Assembly (NCBI GenBank): GCA_947258875.1
Contig: CAMYKB010000001.1
Coordinates: 120,037-184,036, forward strand
DNA from: an uncultured Gammaproteobacteria bacterium
GTDB lineage: Bacteria > Pseudomonadota > Gammaproteobacteria > CAMYKB01
Direction of reading: 5' to 3'
DNA: 64,000 nt
Numbering within the stretch: the first letter of the stretch is position 1; each line of letters begins with the position of its first letter. The notes beneath the pieces were generated by a model. It was not told where the DNA came from and did not search any database. It saw nothing but the letters and a program-made list of their open reading frames with translations. This document shows, piece by piece, positions 1 to 10,577 of this stretch. The position numbers were made by a program, and so were the translations under genes.

Positions 1-1415
1 CCCGTATCGCGGGCGCTGCCGGTTTCTCGGTGCGCGAAGACAAGGTCTATATTTACAAGTTTAAGGCTACCCTGCTGGTCTGCGGCGGTTGCGTGAACAT
101 TTTCCGTCCGCGTTCAGTGGGTGAAGGCACAGGTCGTGCCTGGTTCCCGGTATGGAATTCCGGTTCGACCTACTCCATGGCTGCTGAAGCCGGCGCCGAA
201 CTGACGCTGATGGAAAACCGCTTCGTACCCGCCCGCTTCAAGGACGGTTATGGCCCGGTTGGCGCATGGTTCCTGCTGTTCAAGGCCAAGGCTATGAACG
301 CCTTTGGTGAAGACTACCAGGAAAAGAACTACGAAGACCTGGCGGTCTACGGTTATGACAAATATGCCGAAGGTTTCAAGATGGGTACCTGCTTACGCAA
401 CCATCTGATGATGAAGGAAATGAGGGAAGGCCGCGGCCCGATCTTCATGGATACGCCGACGGCGATGGCCAACCTGGCTAAAAACATGACACCGAAGGAA
501 ATCAAGCACCTCGAGGCTGAGGCATGGGAAGACTTCCTGGACATGACCATCAGTCAGTGTGGTGTATGGGCTTGTGAAAACATCGAACCGGACAAACAAA
601 TGTCCGAACTGATGCCGACCGAACCCTACCTGCTGGGTTCACACGCCGGTTGCGCCGGTCTGTGGGTCTCTGGACCTGACGATCTGCCGGGTATGCCCGA
701 TCACTATCACTGGGGTTACAACCGCATGACCACGGTGAAGGGTCTGTTCACTGCCGGTGACGGCGCTGGTGCTTCCGGCCACAAGTTCTCCTCCGGTTCA
801 CACGCCGAGGGCCGTATTGCCGCTAAGGCAATGGTCAAGTATGTACTGGACAACAAGGACTACAAACCCGAGCTGGACCGTGACGTCAACGACATCGTTG
901 AAGAGATCTATGCGCCGGTACGTACCTACATGGAGCATAAGGACTACACCACCGCAATCGACATCAACCCGAACTACATCACACCCAAGATGTTCCAGTT
1001 CCGGTTACAGAAGGTGATGGACGAGTACGTGGCCGGTGTCTCCACCATGTACCAGACCAACAAAGCCATGCTGGAAGTGGCGGAACGCAAGCTGGAAATG
1101 CTGCGCGAAGACTCTTTCAAGATGCGTGCAAAAGACCTGCACGAACTGCTGCGCGCCTGGGAGAACTACCACCGCCTGATCGCGGCCTTTGCACACATGA
1201 AACATATCCAGTTCCGTGAGGAATCCCGTTATCCGGGTTACTATTACCGTGCTGATTATCTGCGCGTTGATGACGACAACTGGAAGTGCTTCGTGAATTC
1301 CACCTACGACCGTCACACCGGTGAGTGGCAGTGCAAGAAAGTACAGTACACCCAATTGATCAAACCCGCTGACGATGAACCGGCAGGTATCTCCAATCTG
1401 GGACCAACTGTATAA
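1..1415 (+). CDS. aprA: Adenylylsulfate (APS) reductase alpha subunit AprA, 3' partial (5' end lies outside the window)
   Basis: Translation (GDGAGASGHKFSSGSHAEGRIAAKA...YYRADYLRVDDDNWKCFVNS) matches the conserved C-terminal two-thirds of AprA. The open frame runs to the window edge, so the N-terminus is upstream of position 1. Confidence 0.85.
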   Translation, partial: RIAGAAGFSVREDKVYIYKFKATLLVCGGCVNIFRPRSVGEGTGRAWFPVWNSGSTYSMAAEAGAELTLMENRFVPARFKDGYGPVGAWFLLFKAKAMNAFGEDYQEKNYEDLAVYGYDKYAEGFKMGTCLRNHLMMKEMREGRGPIFMDTPTAMANLAKNMTPKEIKHLEAEAWEDFLDMTISQCGVWACENIEPDKQMSELMPTEPYLLGSHAGCAGLWVSGPDDLPGMPDHYHWGYNRMTTVKGLFTAGDGAGASGHKFSSGSHAEGRIAAKAMVKYVLDNKDYKPELDRDVNDIVEEIYAPVRTYMEHKDYTTAIDINPNYITPKMFQFRLQKVMDEYVAGVSTMYQTNKAMLEVAERKLEMLREDSFKMRAKDLHELLRAWENYHRLIAAFAHMKHIQFREESRYPGYYYRADYLRVDDDNWKCFVNSTYDRHTGEWQCKKVQYTQLIKPADDEPAGISNLGPTV

Positions 1416-1442
1416 AGTAAGCCCGCAAAGGCTTATAATTGG

Positions 1443-1478
1443 GGCCGGGCATCGTAAGATGCCCGGCCTTTTCTTTTC
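1443..1478 (+). terminator. Rho-independent terminator after aprA
   Basis: GC-rich hairpin ggccgggcatcgtaagatgcccggcc followed by a T-run, 28 nt after the aprA stop. Confidence 0.6.
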
Positions 1479-1536
1479 CCCCAAAGCAAAACGAGGCGTG
1501 CGCCGAAATAACGGCACATTCCGAGAGGTATTTAGC

Positions 1537-2445
1537 ATGTTTGACGCCGATGACATTAAACAGAACATTCCTGTGCAAAGCCCGGTACAACCGGACCAAC
1601 TCACTCTGGACAGTGAATTCCAGTTTAACTGCCACAAGGGCGTGACCTGCTTCAACGAATGTTGCCGTAATATCGATATTCAGATTACCCCTTACGATAT
1701 CCTGCGCCTGAAAAAACGCCTGGGTATGGATTCCAAGGAATTGGTGGCGCAATTTACTGTGCCCTTCGAGATGGATGGCCATGGCATGCCCGGCCTGAAG
1801 ATGGCTACCAAACCCAACACCAAGGCCTGCGTGTTCGTCACTGAGGACGGCTGTAGCGTTTACGAAGACCGGCCCGCAGCCTGCCGCTACTATGCACTCG
1901 GCAATATGGCGGTGCGCCCCAAGGATGAAGCCAAGGTCGATGACATTTACTTCGTCGTCAAGGAAGCCCACTGCCAGGGCCATGACGAACCCGTCACCCA
2001 GACGGTGCGCGAATACCGCCACAATCAGGGCGTGGATAAATACGATGAAATGAATCGCGAATGGCGCGACCTTATTATCAAGAAACGCTCCAGCGGTCCA
2101 ACTGTCGGCAAACCGTCGGAACGCAGCATGCAGTTATTCGATATGTGCAGCTACGACATGGACAGCTTCCGTGACTTTATCCAGAGCGAAGGCTTCAAGT
2201 CCGTGTTCGATATTGCCGACGAAGAAATCAATACAATGGTCGAAGACGAAGAAAAACTACTCGCCTTCAGCTTCCGCTTTATGAAGCAAGTGCTGTTCGG
2301 TGAACTTTCCATAGCACTCAAGGAAAAAGCGCGTGAACAACGCATTGAACAACGCAAAGATATCTGGGCTGAACGCAAGGATGACGAGGTCACTAAATAT
2401 CGTGAGGACCTGGAAGAGCAGAAATACTGCGGAGACCCGGATTAA
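1537..2445 (+). CDS. YkgJ/UPF0153 (CxxCxxCC, FliB-like) putative Fe-S/zinc-chelating protein with a long charged C-terminal extension
   Basis: ATG at 1537 with a GAGAGG RBS. Motifs FNCHKGVTCFNECC and CVFVTEDGCSVYEDRPAACRYY match the PF03692-type pattern. The C-terminal ~140 aa is E/K/R-rich and probably helical. Confidence 0.55.
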   Translation: MFDADDIKQNIPVQSPVQPDQLTLDSEFQFNCHKGVTCFNECCRNIDIQITPYDILRLKKRLGMDSKELVAQFTVPFEMDGHGMPGLKMATKPNTKACVFVTEDGCSVYEDRPAACRYYALGNMAVRPKDEAKVDDIYFVVKEAHCQGHDEPVTQTVREYRHNQGVDKYDEMNREWRDLIIKKRSSGPTVGKPSERSMQLFDMCSYDMDSFRDFIQSEGFKSVFDIADEEINTMVEDEEKLLAFSFRFMKQVLFGELSIALKEKAREQRIEQRKDIWAERKDDEVTKYREDLEEQKYCGDPD

Positions 2446-2543
2446 AACACGTAGCTTGGGGTGAGAAACGAACCCCAGCAGAGCCTTTTTCAAAATACTG
2501 TAAATCTCAAACCCTGAATTTATCAATCAACATCACATATCAT

Positions 2544-3068
2544 ATGAAAGTCACCAGAGTAGCCATCGTATCCGATACCCACGCCCATCTTGACCCGCGT
2601 GTTGCTGATGTTATCAGTACCTGCCAGATCGCCATCCATGCCGGTGATATCTGTGACGCCGGCATCCTGGAAGAATTACAGGCTCGCGTTGATACCGTCA
2701 TAGCTGTAGCTGGCAATAATGATCACGAACACGTCTGGCCGCACCACCAGTCACATATAGTCAACCAATTGGAAAATGTAGAAGAGATCGAACTTCCCGG
2801 CGGCATTCTCGTAGTCGAGCACGGGCATGCTCATGGCATGCAAACGCCCTGCCACGACTCGCTGCGCGAAACCCATCCCCATGCCCGCGCCATTGTTTAC
2901 GGTCACACCCACAAACAAATCTTTGATCAAAGTGCCGAGCCCTGGGTGATTAATCCCGGCGCTGCCGGGGAGACACGCACCCACGGAGGCCCGTCCTGTA
3001 TTGTCCTCACCGCGATGAAACATGAGTGGCTGGTCGATCTGCAACGGTTCCCACCTGTGGCTGCATAG
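2544..3068 (+). CDS. Metallophosphoesterase (YfcE/MJ0936-like phosphodiesterase)
   Basis: DTHAH, GDICD, GNND, HGHxH and GHTH calcineurin-like motifs in order. Confidence 0.8.
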   Translation: MKVTRVAIVSDTHAHLDPRVADVISTCQIAIHAGDICDAGILEELQARVDTVIAVAGNNDHEHVWPHHQSHIVNQLENVEEIELPGGILVVEHGHAHGMQTPCHDSLRETHPHARAIVYGHTHKQIFDQSAEPWVINPGAAGETRTHGGPSCIVLTAMKHEWLVDLQRFPPVAA

Positions 3069-3112
3069 CACTCAACATCAGCCATCGCTCTAGCTCTTTT
3101 TCGCGTATCGCA

Positions 3113-3455
3113 CTATGTGTATCGAATCCAGACTTTCAACAGCTGAGTTCTGAGGTTGGCATCAAATTCAATCTGTGAATCAATAGATCTTTCTTCGGTA
3201 ATCATGACCGTGCCCGAGGCCCCTAGCAGTTGCCCACCAAAGCCAGATAGCCGCACGATGTACACCGGCTGAACGGCAAAGATCTGGTGTTCTTGGGTCC
3301 CGATTTCAATGAAGCGCACCGATCACAGGATTTAGAATCGAGCAGAAAACATCGAAAACAGTAAATACTTCCCCCAGACCGATGACGAATTCTCGCAGAC
3401 GATCCTGAGAAGCATAAATGCCTTCGTGCATGAGGATGCCGCGATCAGCAATAGT
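3113..3455 (-). pseudogene. Possible decayed gene remnant (two out-of-frame fragments)
   Basis: A 68-aa ORF (3113..3319) and an adjacent upstream ORF fragment in a different frame (...LMHEGIYASQDRLREFVIGLGEV...) look like a frameshifted gene. The region is AT-rich and no family was recognised. Confidence 0.2.
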
Positions 3456-3759
3456 GAAAGTCTGTGCAACTCATGTGTAACAGCCAATGTGATCGGCAGG
3501 AAAGCTCAAAACAGTTTGTTTTTACTCACCCTGAAAGAGACCATCATAAAATACTTGTAGCATTCACCCTGGCCCTAGCAAAATATTTACTACCAATGCA
3601 CTGGTATATTCCCCCAGTACCGGCGCGAACTCTATGGCGCTGTTTGTGCAGCTCCGCACAGCCTTGTTCCATCAAAATTCATCCCGTATTATTTTCAGCT
3701 CTGCATGGCCATTAACGGCGCCGTTCCCAGCAAACTCGAAACCGGACACGAGTTACTGC

Positions 3760-4872
3760 TTAATCCGCAGCGTATCCATCGGTCAGGGTTCTTAAAAATG
3801 CCACCAGGTCATCTTCTTCTTGCTCTGTCAGCTGCAGATCTCCCAGTTCATCCTGATTCACGTTGGCAGCCACCTCAGGTTTGCCCCATTTATCACTGAC
3901 GTCGCGAGTATTGTAAAAATTCACCACCTCTTTCAAAGTTGTGAATATACCGTTGTGCATATAGGGTGCGGTTAATTCAATGTTGCGCAGAGTCATCACC
4001 TTGACCTTGCCGTCCTCCTCCTTTTTGCCCGTGGTAACACCCAGTCCACGGTCCACAAAGTCCTCACCGTCAGGATTGTAGATCTTGGCCATTTGATAGA
4101 AGGGATTTGTCTTGTTGGCGGGTGTACCCAGGTTATCGTAGGTAAAATCCGTAAACAGCGGCGCGCTACCATCCTCACCTGGGGCGCTGGGATGGCAGGC
4201 GGCACAATTGCCCTTGTCCTCGGCCTCAAACACCTGTAACCCGCGCATCTCTTGTTCGCTTAGTTGCACCTTACCTGCAAGATAGTAGTCATACTTGGAA
4301 GTGAATGGATTCAACTCATGGCTGCGCTCATAGGCCGCGATAGCCTTGCCAATATTTTGATGCGCCACCGTCACATCGTCCAGGGCATTCTCGCCGTATA
4401 CCTGTCTGAAGCGATCGGCATAATCCGCCTTGCGAACCTTGTCCACCAGTTCGGCGGGACTGGCATTGTTCATCTCCAACGGATTGAGAAAGGGTTGCAT
4501 GGCCTGTTCTTCCAGGGTAGCGGCGCGCCCATCCCAGAACTGGCCACCGACATAGAGGCCTTCTGTCGCATCAAAGTGAAACCTGGGACTGAAGCCAGCA
4601 TAAGCAACCGAAGGTGTATTGCGATGACCAAAACGATCCGCATGCACTCCTTGGGATACCGGCAGGTGTCGATCGGGGTCGGCGAAACCGTGCTGAACTG
4701 AGTGACAGCTGGCACAAGATTGGCCGGCGGGTGCAGAAAGATTGGTATCAAAAAACAGCACCTTGCCCAACTCGGCCTCGGCACTCAATTGAAGGGATGT
4801 GGCCGCATTCAAGTTACAGGGCCGCAGCCCCATGAGTGTCAAGGCAATCAAGATCAATACACACAGGCTCAT
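3760..4872 (-). CDS. Di-haem cytochrome c peroxidase (CCP/MauG family), periplasmic
   Basis: Signal peptide MSLCVLILIALTLMGL. Two CxxCH motifs (CASCHSV, CAACHPS). Conserved CCP blocks FWDGRA, LEEQA and MHNG. Confidence 0.85.
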   Translation of the reverse strand: MSLCVLILIALTLMGLRPCNLNAATSLQLSAEAELGKVLFFDTNLSAPAGQSCASCHSVQHGFADPDRHLPVSQGVHADRFGHRNTPSVAYAGFSPRFHFDATEGLYVGGQFWDGRAATLEEQAMQPFLNPLEMNNASPAELVDKVRKADYADRFRQVYGENALDDVTVAHQNIGKAIAAYERSHELNPFTSKYDYYLAGKVQLSEQEMRGLQVFEAEDKGNCAACHPSAPGEDGSAPLFTDFTYDNLGTPANKTNPFYQMAKIYNPDGEDFVDRGLGVTTGKKEEDGKVKVMTLRNIELTAPYMHNGIFTTLKEVVNFYNTRDVSDKWGKPEVAANVNQDELGDLQLTEQEEDDLVAFLRTLTDGYAAD

Positions 4873-5195
4873 GTGGTGACCGTCACCCGTGGTTGTACGG
4901 GAAGGATAATAATTCCTTTCCCTAAAGCCTGCATCAATTGGCCAGCAGTTCACTTCGTTTCTCACCTGATAGTCGCGAAATCTTACTGAATTCTATCGTT
5001 CTCACTTTAATATTTTCTGCGTAGAACTCTGGAATTGATTGATTACAGCAAGATGGTTCGGGCTATTTTCTCCATAACCTCCAAACCCAAAGGTGGCAAA
5101 TAAAATAGCCCGAGTATCAGGCCATAATCTCGCCAGGCGCCATCATGGCCAGCCGCAACCCACATCTTCTTGACCTCACCACAATAGTGATGCGA

Positions 5196-5657
5196 TCAGT
5201 TTACAACTTTCCAACTACCGTCAGCCTGGCGGCAAGCCGTACCATAGACTTTTTCCATACGTCCGCCGATCATTGCGTCAATAGTGTATTCCCGGCAGGG
5301 GCCTGTTGACGTCGCATAGGTACGTGTCGGCACGACGGTGTACTGACTCCCGGTATCAGGGTTACGCCATGTACTTGGCACACCGCTGCGCACGGTCTCC
5401 AATGAATGCGCTGTCTTCACACGATCTGTGTCGTCCATGGAGCGGCCGATTGAGCCACCGATTGACGCGCCTATGAGTGTACCTACAATGGTTGCAGCCG
5501 TTTTCCCATGCCCCCTTCCTACTTCCTGCCCTAAAATACCTCCCAGCACACCACCGATGACCATGCCTGCCTGCTCATTTGGCCCACCACTGGTAGCACA
5601 TCCAGATAACACAAGCGCACCAGCAAAAATCGTTGCTATCAAAGATTTGGCGTTCAT
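5196..5657 (-). CDS. Outer-membrane lipoprotein with a glycine-zipper domain (SlyB/17-kDa surface antigen-like)
   Basis: Lipobox LSGC. GxxxG-rich segment GMVIGGVLGGILGQEVG...GTLIGASIGGSIG. GAGGTG RBS before the ATG at 5657. Confidence 0.6.
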   Translation of the reverse strand: MNAKSLIATIFAGALVLSGCATSGGPNEQAGMVIGGVLGGILGQEVGRGHGKTAATIVGTLIGASIGGSIGRSMDDTDRVKTAHSLETVRSGVPSTWRNPDTGSQYTVVPTRTYATSTGPCREYTIDAMIGGRMEKVYGTACRQADGSWKVVN

Positions 5658-6132
5658 ATCATGACACCTCATAGGGACAGTGGAAAATATGCAGCAGTAA
5701 TTCTATTCAGTCTTGTTAGTAAAGCGATTGACCTTGATCAAACGCATACTAGAATCTGCAACAAATGAGTCCGATCTATATCCAGCCGGCGCTACCAGGG
5801 AGGCTCTAGCCATGGCGGGAATTCTGTTATTGCGCTCACCGCAATAGGACACCAATAGACTGATGAGCTGCAGCGTTTTTCGCCGAAAGCGGCCTAATCT
5901 AATGAACTAAGGGCGTGTTAAGGAAAATTATTGCAATAAGACTATTGTAATCGCATCACATACATAGCTACACAATCGCGCCAGTATCTTCCGTGAGATC
6001 AACAGCTCGCATAGATATCAATATTCAGAATATCGGCCGCATTGACCAGCCGGATTCAGTATGACATGCTGTATTTGGCGGCGATCATGCGCCTGCCTGT
6101 AGATGCTGAACATATAAGGTGAGTCAGCAGAA

Positions 6133-6495
6133 GTGAATAAAGGTCAGTATGGAGTTGTAGCGGCCATGAAAGCCATAGTTGAGCACCGAAGCGAAAAGCG
6201 TGTGGAGGTTGAGGGATTAACACTTTGCCGTTCCATGAAAGAAAGTCTTTATATCCCAAGCAGAATACAGGATTTGAGTCCGAGCGGCTTGTTTCTTTGG
6301 GCTGAAGACGCTTTTTCAACAGGCGAGAATATCGAGGTTGTGTTCGCGCCTGATGTGAAGGGTCATGATTCAACCAAGTACATAGCCGAAGTCGTGCGCA
6401 TGCATCCGGAAATGAATCGGGACTTTTTTGGTTACGGTTGCAAGATAAAATCCAGCGAAACGATTACCAACATATCTATCGGACAAGCCACCTGA
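6133..6495 (+). CDS. PilZ-domain protein (c-di-GMP-binding single-domain protein)
   Basis: GTG start with an AAGGTGAG RBS. RxxxR-like N-terminal segment and D/SxSxGG-like block (IQDLSPSGLFLW) typical of PilZ. Confidence 0.6.
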   Translation: MNKGQYGVVAAMKAIVEHRSEKRVEVEGLTLCRSMKESLYIPSRIQDLSPSGLFLWAEDAFSTGENIEVVFAPDVKGHDSTKYIAEVVRMHPEMNRDFFGYGCKIKSSETITNISIGQAT

Positions 6496-6747
6496 CATCA
6501 GACCCCTCTTGCGGCTTGAGCCGCACGCTATCGCATGGCCTGACTGCCCCGCTGTTTTTAGCGCATATACATCCCGTATTCATAATAACCTCTAGCAGTT
6601 GATAAACTCCTGCTGAAATCAGCTAATGCCGCAACTAAAATCTTGTAGATCACCAGCCCATTACGAACAGTGAGCGACTTGATGAGACGTAAATTCGCCA
6701 CCCTTCATAAATCACCAACTGATGCCTCAATCATGCAATAACGCATC

Positions 6748-7170
6748 ATGCATCATCTAATCTATGTCAGCACAGCAACCCAGCCGATGAGTGAAGATGA
6801 GCTCATGCAACTATTACAGCAAAGCAGGAGGCGTAACAAATCTTTAAAATTAACTGGAATGTTGCTTTACAAAGAGAACCACTTTATGCAGGTTCTTGAA
6901 GGCGACAAAAATAACGTCGCCGAGATTTATGCAAAAATTGAAGGTGATACACGCCACAAAAAACTAGACGTCTTGAGGTCTGAGCATATAACAGAACGCA
7001 ATTTCCCCGACTGGTCAATGGGTTTTACTAACCTACGAAGATGGGATCTTGTCAACCATGAGGGATTTGTACCATTTCTCGACAAAGATTTCAGATCTCC
7101 TTTCTTCAAGGAGCACTCGATTGAAGCGCATGCTCTACTGTTGTACTTTAAAAACGACCCGCAGACATGA
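6748..7170 (+). CDS. BLUF-domain blue-light FAD photoreceptor, short stand-alone form
   Basis: LIYVSTAT...MSEDELMQLL..SRRRN....TGMLLY....FMQVLEGD matches the BLUF core, including the conserved Tyr/Gln/Met positions. Confidence 0.8.
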   Translation: MHHLIYVSTATQPMSEDELMQLLQQSRRRNKSLKLTGMLLYKENHFMQVLEGDKNNVAEIYAKIEGDTRHKKLDVLRSEHITERNFPDWSMGFTNLRRWDLVNHEGFVPFLDKDFRSPFFKEHSIEAHALLLYFKNDPQT

Positions 7171-7233
7171 ATCCTTTGTTAGCCGTGGCCTACAGCATTC
7201 AACCGATCATCTGTTCTAATCCGGGCCCAGTCG

Positions 7234-10200
7234 TCAGGACGAAAGTGTCATCAGATGGGCATTACCACCCGCTGCGGTGGTATCGGTGCTGCAGACTCGT
7301 TCCGTCGCAAACCGGTATAAATAATGTGGTCCACCCGCCTTGGGTCCGGTACCCGAAAGCCCCTCGCCACCAAACGGCTGTACACCGACGACGGCACCAA
7401 TCTGGTTACGATTCACATAGGCATTACCAACTTTGAGTTTATCAAGAATATAGGCAATGCGTTCATCGATGCGACTATGGATTGATACGGTCAGGCCATA
7501 ACCAGTGGCATTGATATTATCAATTACTGTATCCAGGTCTTGCAGGCGGTAGCGAATCACATGCAGGATGGGGCCGAATACTTCGCCCTGCAGTTGATCC
7601 AGGCGTTCGATCTCAAAGGCACAGGGCGCGAAGTAGTATCCATCCGGCAAGTCGTCCGCTAAACCAACCTGGTAGACCAACTGCCCTTCCCTGTGCATAC
7701 GCTGCGCATGCTCACGCAGCATGACCAGTGCATCTGCATCGATCACTGGCCCCACATCCGTGGTCAGCAAAGCCGGATCTCCAACCTCTAACTCAGCCAT
7801 TGCACCGGCGATCATCTCTAGCTGTTGAGCCGCGATATCTTCCTGCAGGAACAGCACACGCAACGCTGAACAACGTTGCCCCGCACTTTGGAAAGCAGAC
7901 TGCAGGACATCGCGAGTGACTTGCTCCGGCAACGCAGATGAATCAACAATCATGGTATTCTGTCCGCCGGTTTCTGCAATCAGTGGAACAATAGCTGCAT
8001 CGCGTGCCGCCAGTTTGCGGTTTATCAACCAGGCCGTTTCAGTTGAGCCGGTAAACGCCACCCCAGCAAGCTGTGGCATCGAGAGCACTACCTCGCCAAT
8101 GCTTGGGCCATCACCTGGCAGTAACTGCAGGACATCGAGCGGGACACCGGCATGATGCAGCAGTTGCACCGCCAGCGACGCAACCAAGGGGGTCTGTTCT
8201 GCCGGCTTGGCGAGCACTGTGTTACCCGCACAAAGCGCGGCAGCTATCTGGCCCGTAAAAATTGCCAGAGGAAAATTCCAGGGTGAAATACATAAAAACA
8301 CACCGCGGCCATGCCAGCGTAATTCGTTACGTTCACCCGTGGGCCCTGACAAGGAAATCGGTGACGCGAACAGCGTCCGCGCCTGCACGGCATAATAACG
8401 CAGAAAATCGACAGCCTCGCGCAGCTCTGCGATCGCATCAGGTATCGATTTACCGGCCTCCTTTACCAAAAGCGCGAGCAATCGCGCGCGTTGATTCTCG
8501 AACTCCTGTGCCGCGCGCTCCAGCGCCGCCGCCCTTTGTTCGACAGATATATTTTCCCATGAACAAAACGCCGACCTGGCTTTCTTGAAGGCATGCTGCG
8601 CATGCGCCTGTGTAGCAAATTGTGCATGACCTACACATTCGCCACAATCGGCAGGATTTAAAATGGCTATGGGATTCGTCTCATCAGTATCTCTGTATCC
8701 ACTGGGTATTGCTCCATGTTCTGTTGTCAGCTCCGCCTGCAGGCTTTGTTGCAATTGTTGCAATGCCAAGGGGTCAGCCAGATCGATACCTTCACTATTG
8801 ATTCTGCATTCGCCGAAGATGTCCCGCGGCAACGGGATACGCGGATGTGGCAGCGGATCGGCAGCAGAAGCTTTCTCAACAGGGTCGGCAAGCAACTCAT
8901 CGAGTGATGCATTCTGAGCTGCAATCTGGTTAACAAATGATGTATTGGCGCCATTTTCCAGTAAGCGCCGCACCAGGTAGGCCAGCAGATCACGATGACG
9001 CCCTACCGGCGCGTAGATCCTACATGGATGCCCCCCTGCAGTTATGGCCTCATAGAGCGCCTCGCCCATGCCATGCAAGCGCTGGAACTCATATTCCTTG
9101 CCTTCCGCCAGTTCCAGGATAGTCGCTGCGGTCTGGGCATTGTGTGTCGCAAAGCACGGATAAAGTGCGACTGGTGCTGCAAGCATTCGTCGTGCACAGG
9201 CAACATATGACACATCGGTAAACAGCTTGCGCGTAAACACCGGATAATTGCTAAAGCCACCCACCTGGCTGTGTTTGATCTCCGTATCCCAGTATGCGCC
9301 CTTGACCAGCCTCAACATGATGCGCCGCCTTGCGCGCTGCGCAAGATCGATCGCCCAATCGATAACAGGCACCGCACTTTTTTGGTACGCCTGCACTGCC
9401 ATCCCCAACCCATCCCAACCACGTAGCCCTGGGTCTAGGGCGAGTATCTCGATCACATCGAGCGACAAGTCAAGCCGGTCGGCCTCCTCGGCATCGACAC
9501 ACAGGCCTATACCCTGTTGCCGTGCCAGTCGCGCCAGCTCCAGAATGCGTGGCGTTAACTCCGCAAGCACACGATCACGCTGCGCGTATTCATAACGTGG
9601 ATGTAAGGCCGATAACTTGACCGAGATACCAGGCGCCTCAATAGGAGTTTGCCCCTGGTGTCCTGCCATGGAGCCAATTGCATGCGCATAGGCATCAAAA
9701 TAGGCACGCGCATCGGACATCGTGCAAGCGGCCTCGCCCAACATGTCATAGGAATAACGATAGCCCTTGCGCTCCTCATTGAGTGCGCGCTTTTTCGCCT
9801 GTTCGATGGTTTCACCTAATACGAACTGGCTACCGAGCAAAGACACCGCCCTCACGACGAGACTGCGAATGACCGCCTCACCGTAGCGCTGCAGCAAACG
9901 TTGCAGAACATCACCGAGGCCACTACTCGCTGCGCCGCGCTCGACACCAATCACGCGATCGGTAAACATCAACGCCCAGGCCGAGGCATTAACAAATAAA
10001 TGTTCTGACTTACCAATATGCTGCGCCCATTCAGCCGCACCTATCTTGTCGCGGATGAGTGCGTCAACCGTGGCACCGTCGGGTATCCGTAACAGCGCCT
10101 CAGCCAAGCACATCAACACAACCCCTTCCTGCGTCGACAGTTCAAACTCCTGCAGTAACGCATTGATACCACCCGAACGCAACTGCCTGTCCTGCAAGTA

Positions 10201-10392
10201 TTCCGCAAGCCGTCGCGAGGTAATATATATTCTCGACTTGAGTTCCTCAGGTAGCTGCGCCTGCTGCAAGCGCTCGATGACACAGGCTCCTTCATCGCAG
10301 CGATAGGCGGCGCGCGCGGCGCGCCGCTGCGCCGAGACACGAGGTAACGGGTGCTCCCACAAAATTCTGGCTTTATTAGGCATTAACACCAC
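7234..10392 (-). CDS. putA: Bifunctional proline dehydrogenase / L-glutamate-gamma-semialdehyde (P5C) dehydrogenase PutA
   Basis: 1052-aa protein with a proline-dehydrogenase barrel followed by an aldehyde dehydrogenase domain (catalytic Cys context in the C-terminal half). No ribbon-helix-helix DNA-binding domain. The start may be the ATG at 10383 rather than the GTG at 10392. Confidence 0.9.
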   Translation of the reverse strand: MVLMPNKARILWEHPLPRVSAQRRAARAAYRCDEGACVIERLQQAQLPEELKSRIYITSRRLAEYLQDRQLRSGGINALLQEFELSTQEGVVLMCLAEALLRIPDGATVDALIRDKIGAAEWAQHIGKSEHLFVNASAWALMFTDRVIGVERGAASSGLGDVLQRLLQRYGEAVIRSLVVRAVSLLGSQFVLGETIEQAKKRALNEERKGYRYSYDMLGEAACTMSDARAYFDAYAHAIGSMAGHQGQTPIEAPGISVKLSALHPRYEYAQRDRVLAELTPRILELARLARQQGIGLCVDAEEADRLDLSLDVIEILALDPGLRGWDGLGMAVQAYQKSAVPVIDWAIDLAQRARRRIMLRLVKGAYWDTEIKHSQVGGFSNYPVFTRKLFTDVSYVACARRMLAAPVALYPCFATHNAQTAATILELAEGKEYEFQRLHGMGEALYEAITAGGHPCRIYAPVGRHRDLLAYLVRRLLENGANTSFVNQIAAQNASLDELLADPVEKASAADPLPHPRIPLPRDIFGECRINSEGIDLADPLALQQLQQSLQAELTTEHGAIPSGYRDTDETNPIAILNPADCGECVGHAQFATQAHAQHAFKKARSAFCSWENISVEQRAAALERAAQEFENQRARLLALLVKEAGKSIPDAIAELREAVDFLRYYAVQARTLFASPISLSGPTGERNELRWHGRGVFLCISPWNFPLAIFTGQIAAALCAGNTVLAKPAEQTPLVASLAVQLLHHAGVPLDVLQLLPGDGPSIGEVVLSMPQLAGVAFTGSTETAWLINRKLAARDAAIVPLIAETGGQNTMIVDSSALPEQVTRDVLQSAFQSAGQRCSALRVLFLQEDIAAQQLEMIAGAMAELEVGDPALLTTDVGPVIDADALVMLREHAQRMHREGQLVYQVGLADDLPDGYYFAPCAFEIERLDQLQGEVFGPILHVIRYRLQDLDTVIDNINATGYGLTVSIHSRIDERIAYILDKLKVGNAYVNRNQIGAVVGVQPFGGEGLSGTGPKAGGPHYLYRFATERVCSTDTTAAGGNAHLMTLSS

Positions 10393-10577
10393 CCTGACGA
10401 GAAGACATCTGTGATAAACACAAAACCAGTTTCGTTAAATCAGCCTACTCGTGGGCTGCCGTGCAGGTCAAGGAAATTGCAATACGAGTCTGTCGCTCGA
10501 TACAGAACAAGCGGCATCCTTATAATCCTTGTATATTTAATCTTGTCACGAGAATTGAATTACAGAATACTACAAAC

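Noticed and set aside
1005-2022. Long antisense ORFs (216 and 220 aa) overlapping aprA and the YkgJ-like gene
   Set aside because: They are shadow ORFs on the opposite strand of well-supported genes, with no RBS or motif. This is typical of GC-rich coding regions.
5850-5900. CUGAUGAG motif suggestive of a hammerhead ribozyme core
   Set aside because: The flanking sequence does not form the required stem II hairpin directly after the motif, and the GAAA lies inside a hairpin loop rather than the core. This is most likely coincidence.
6056-6373. 105-aa minus-strand ORF overlapping the PilZ gene start region
   Set aside because: No RBS and low-complexity translation. It overlaps a better-supported gene and the divergent promoter region.
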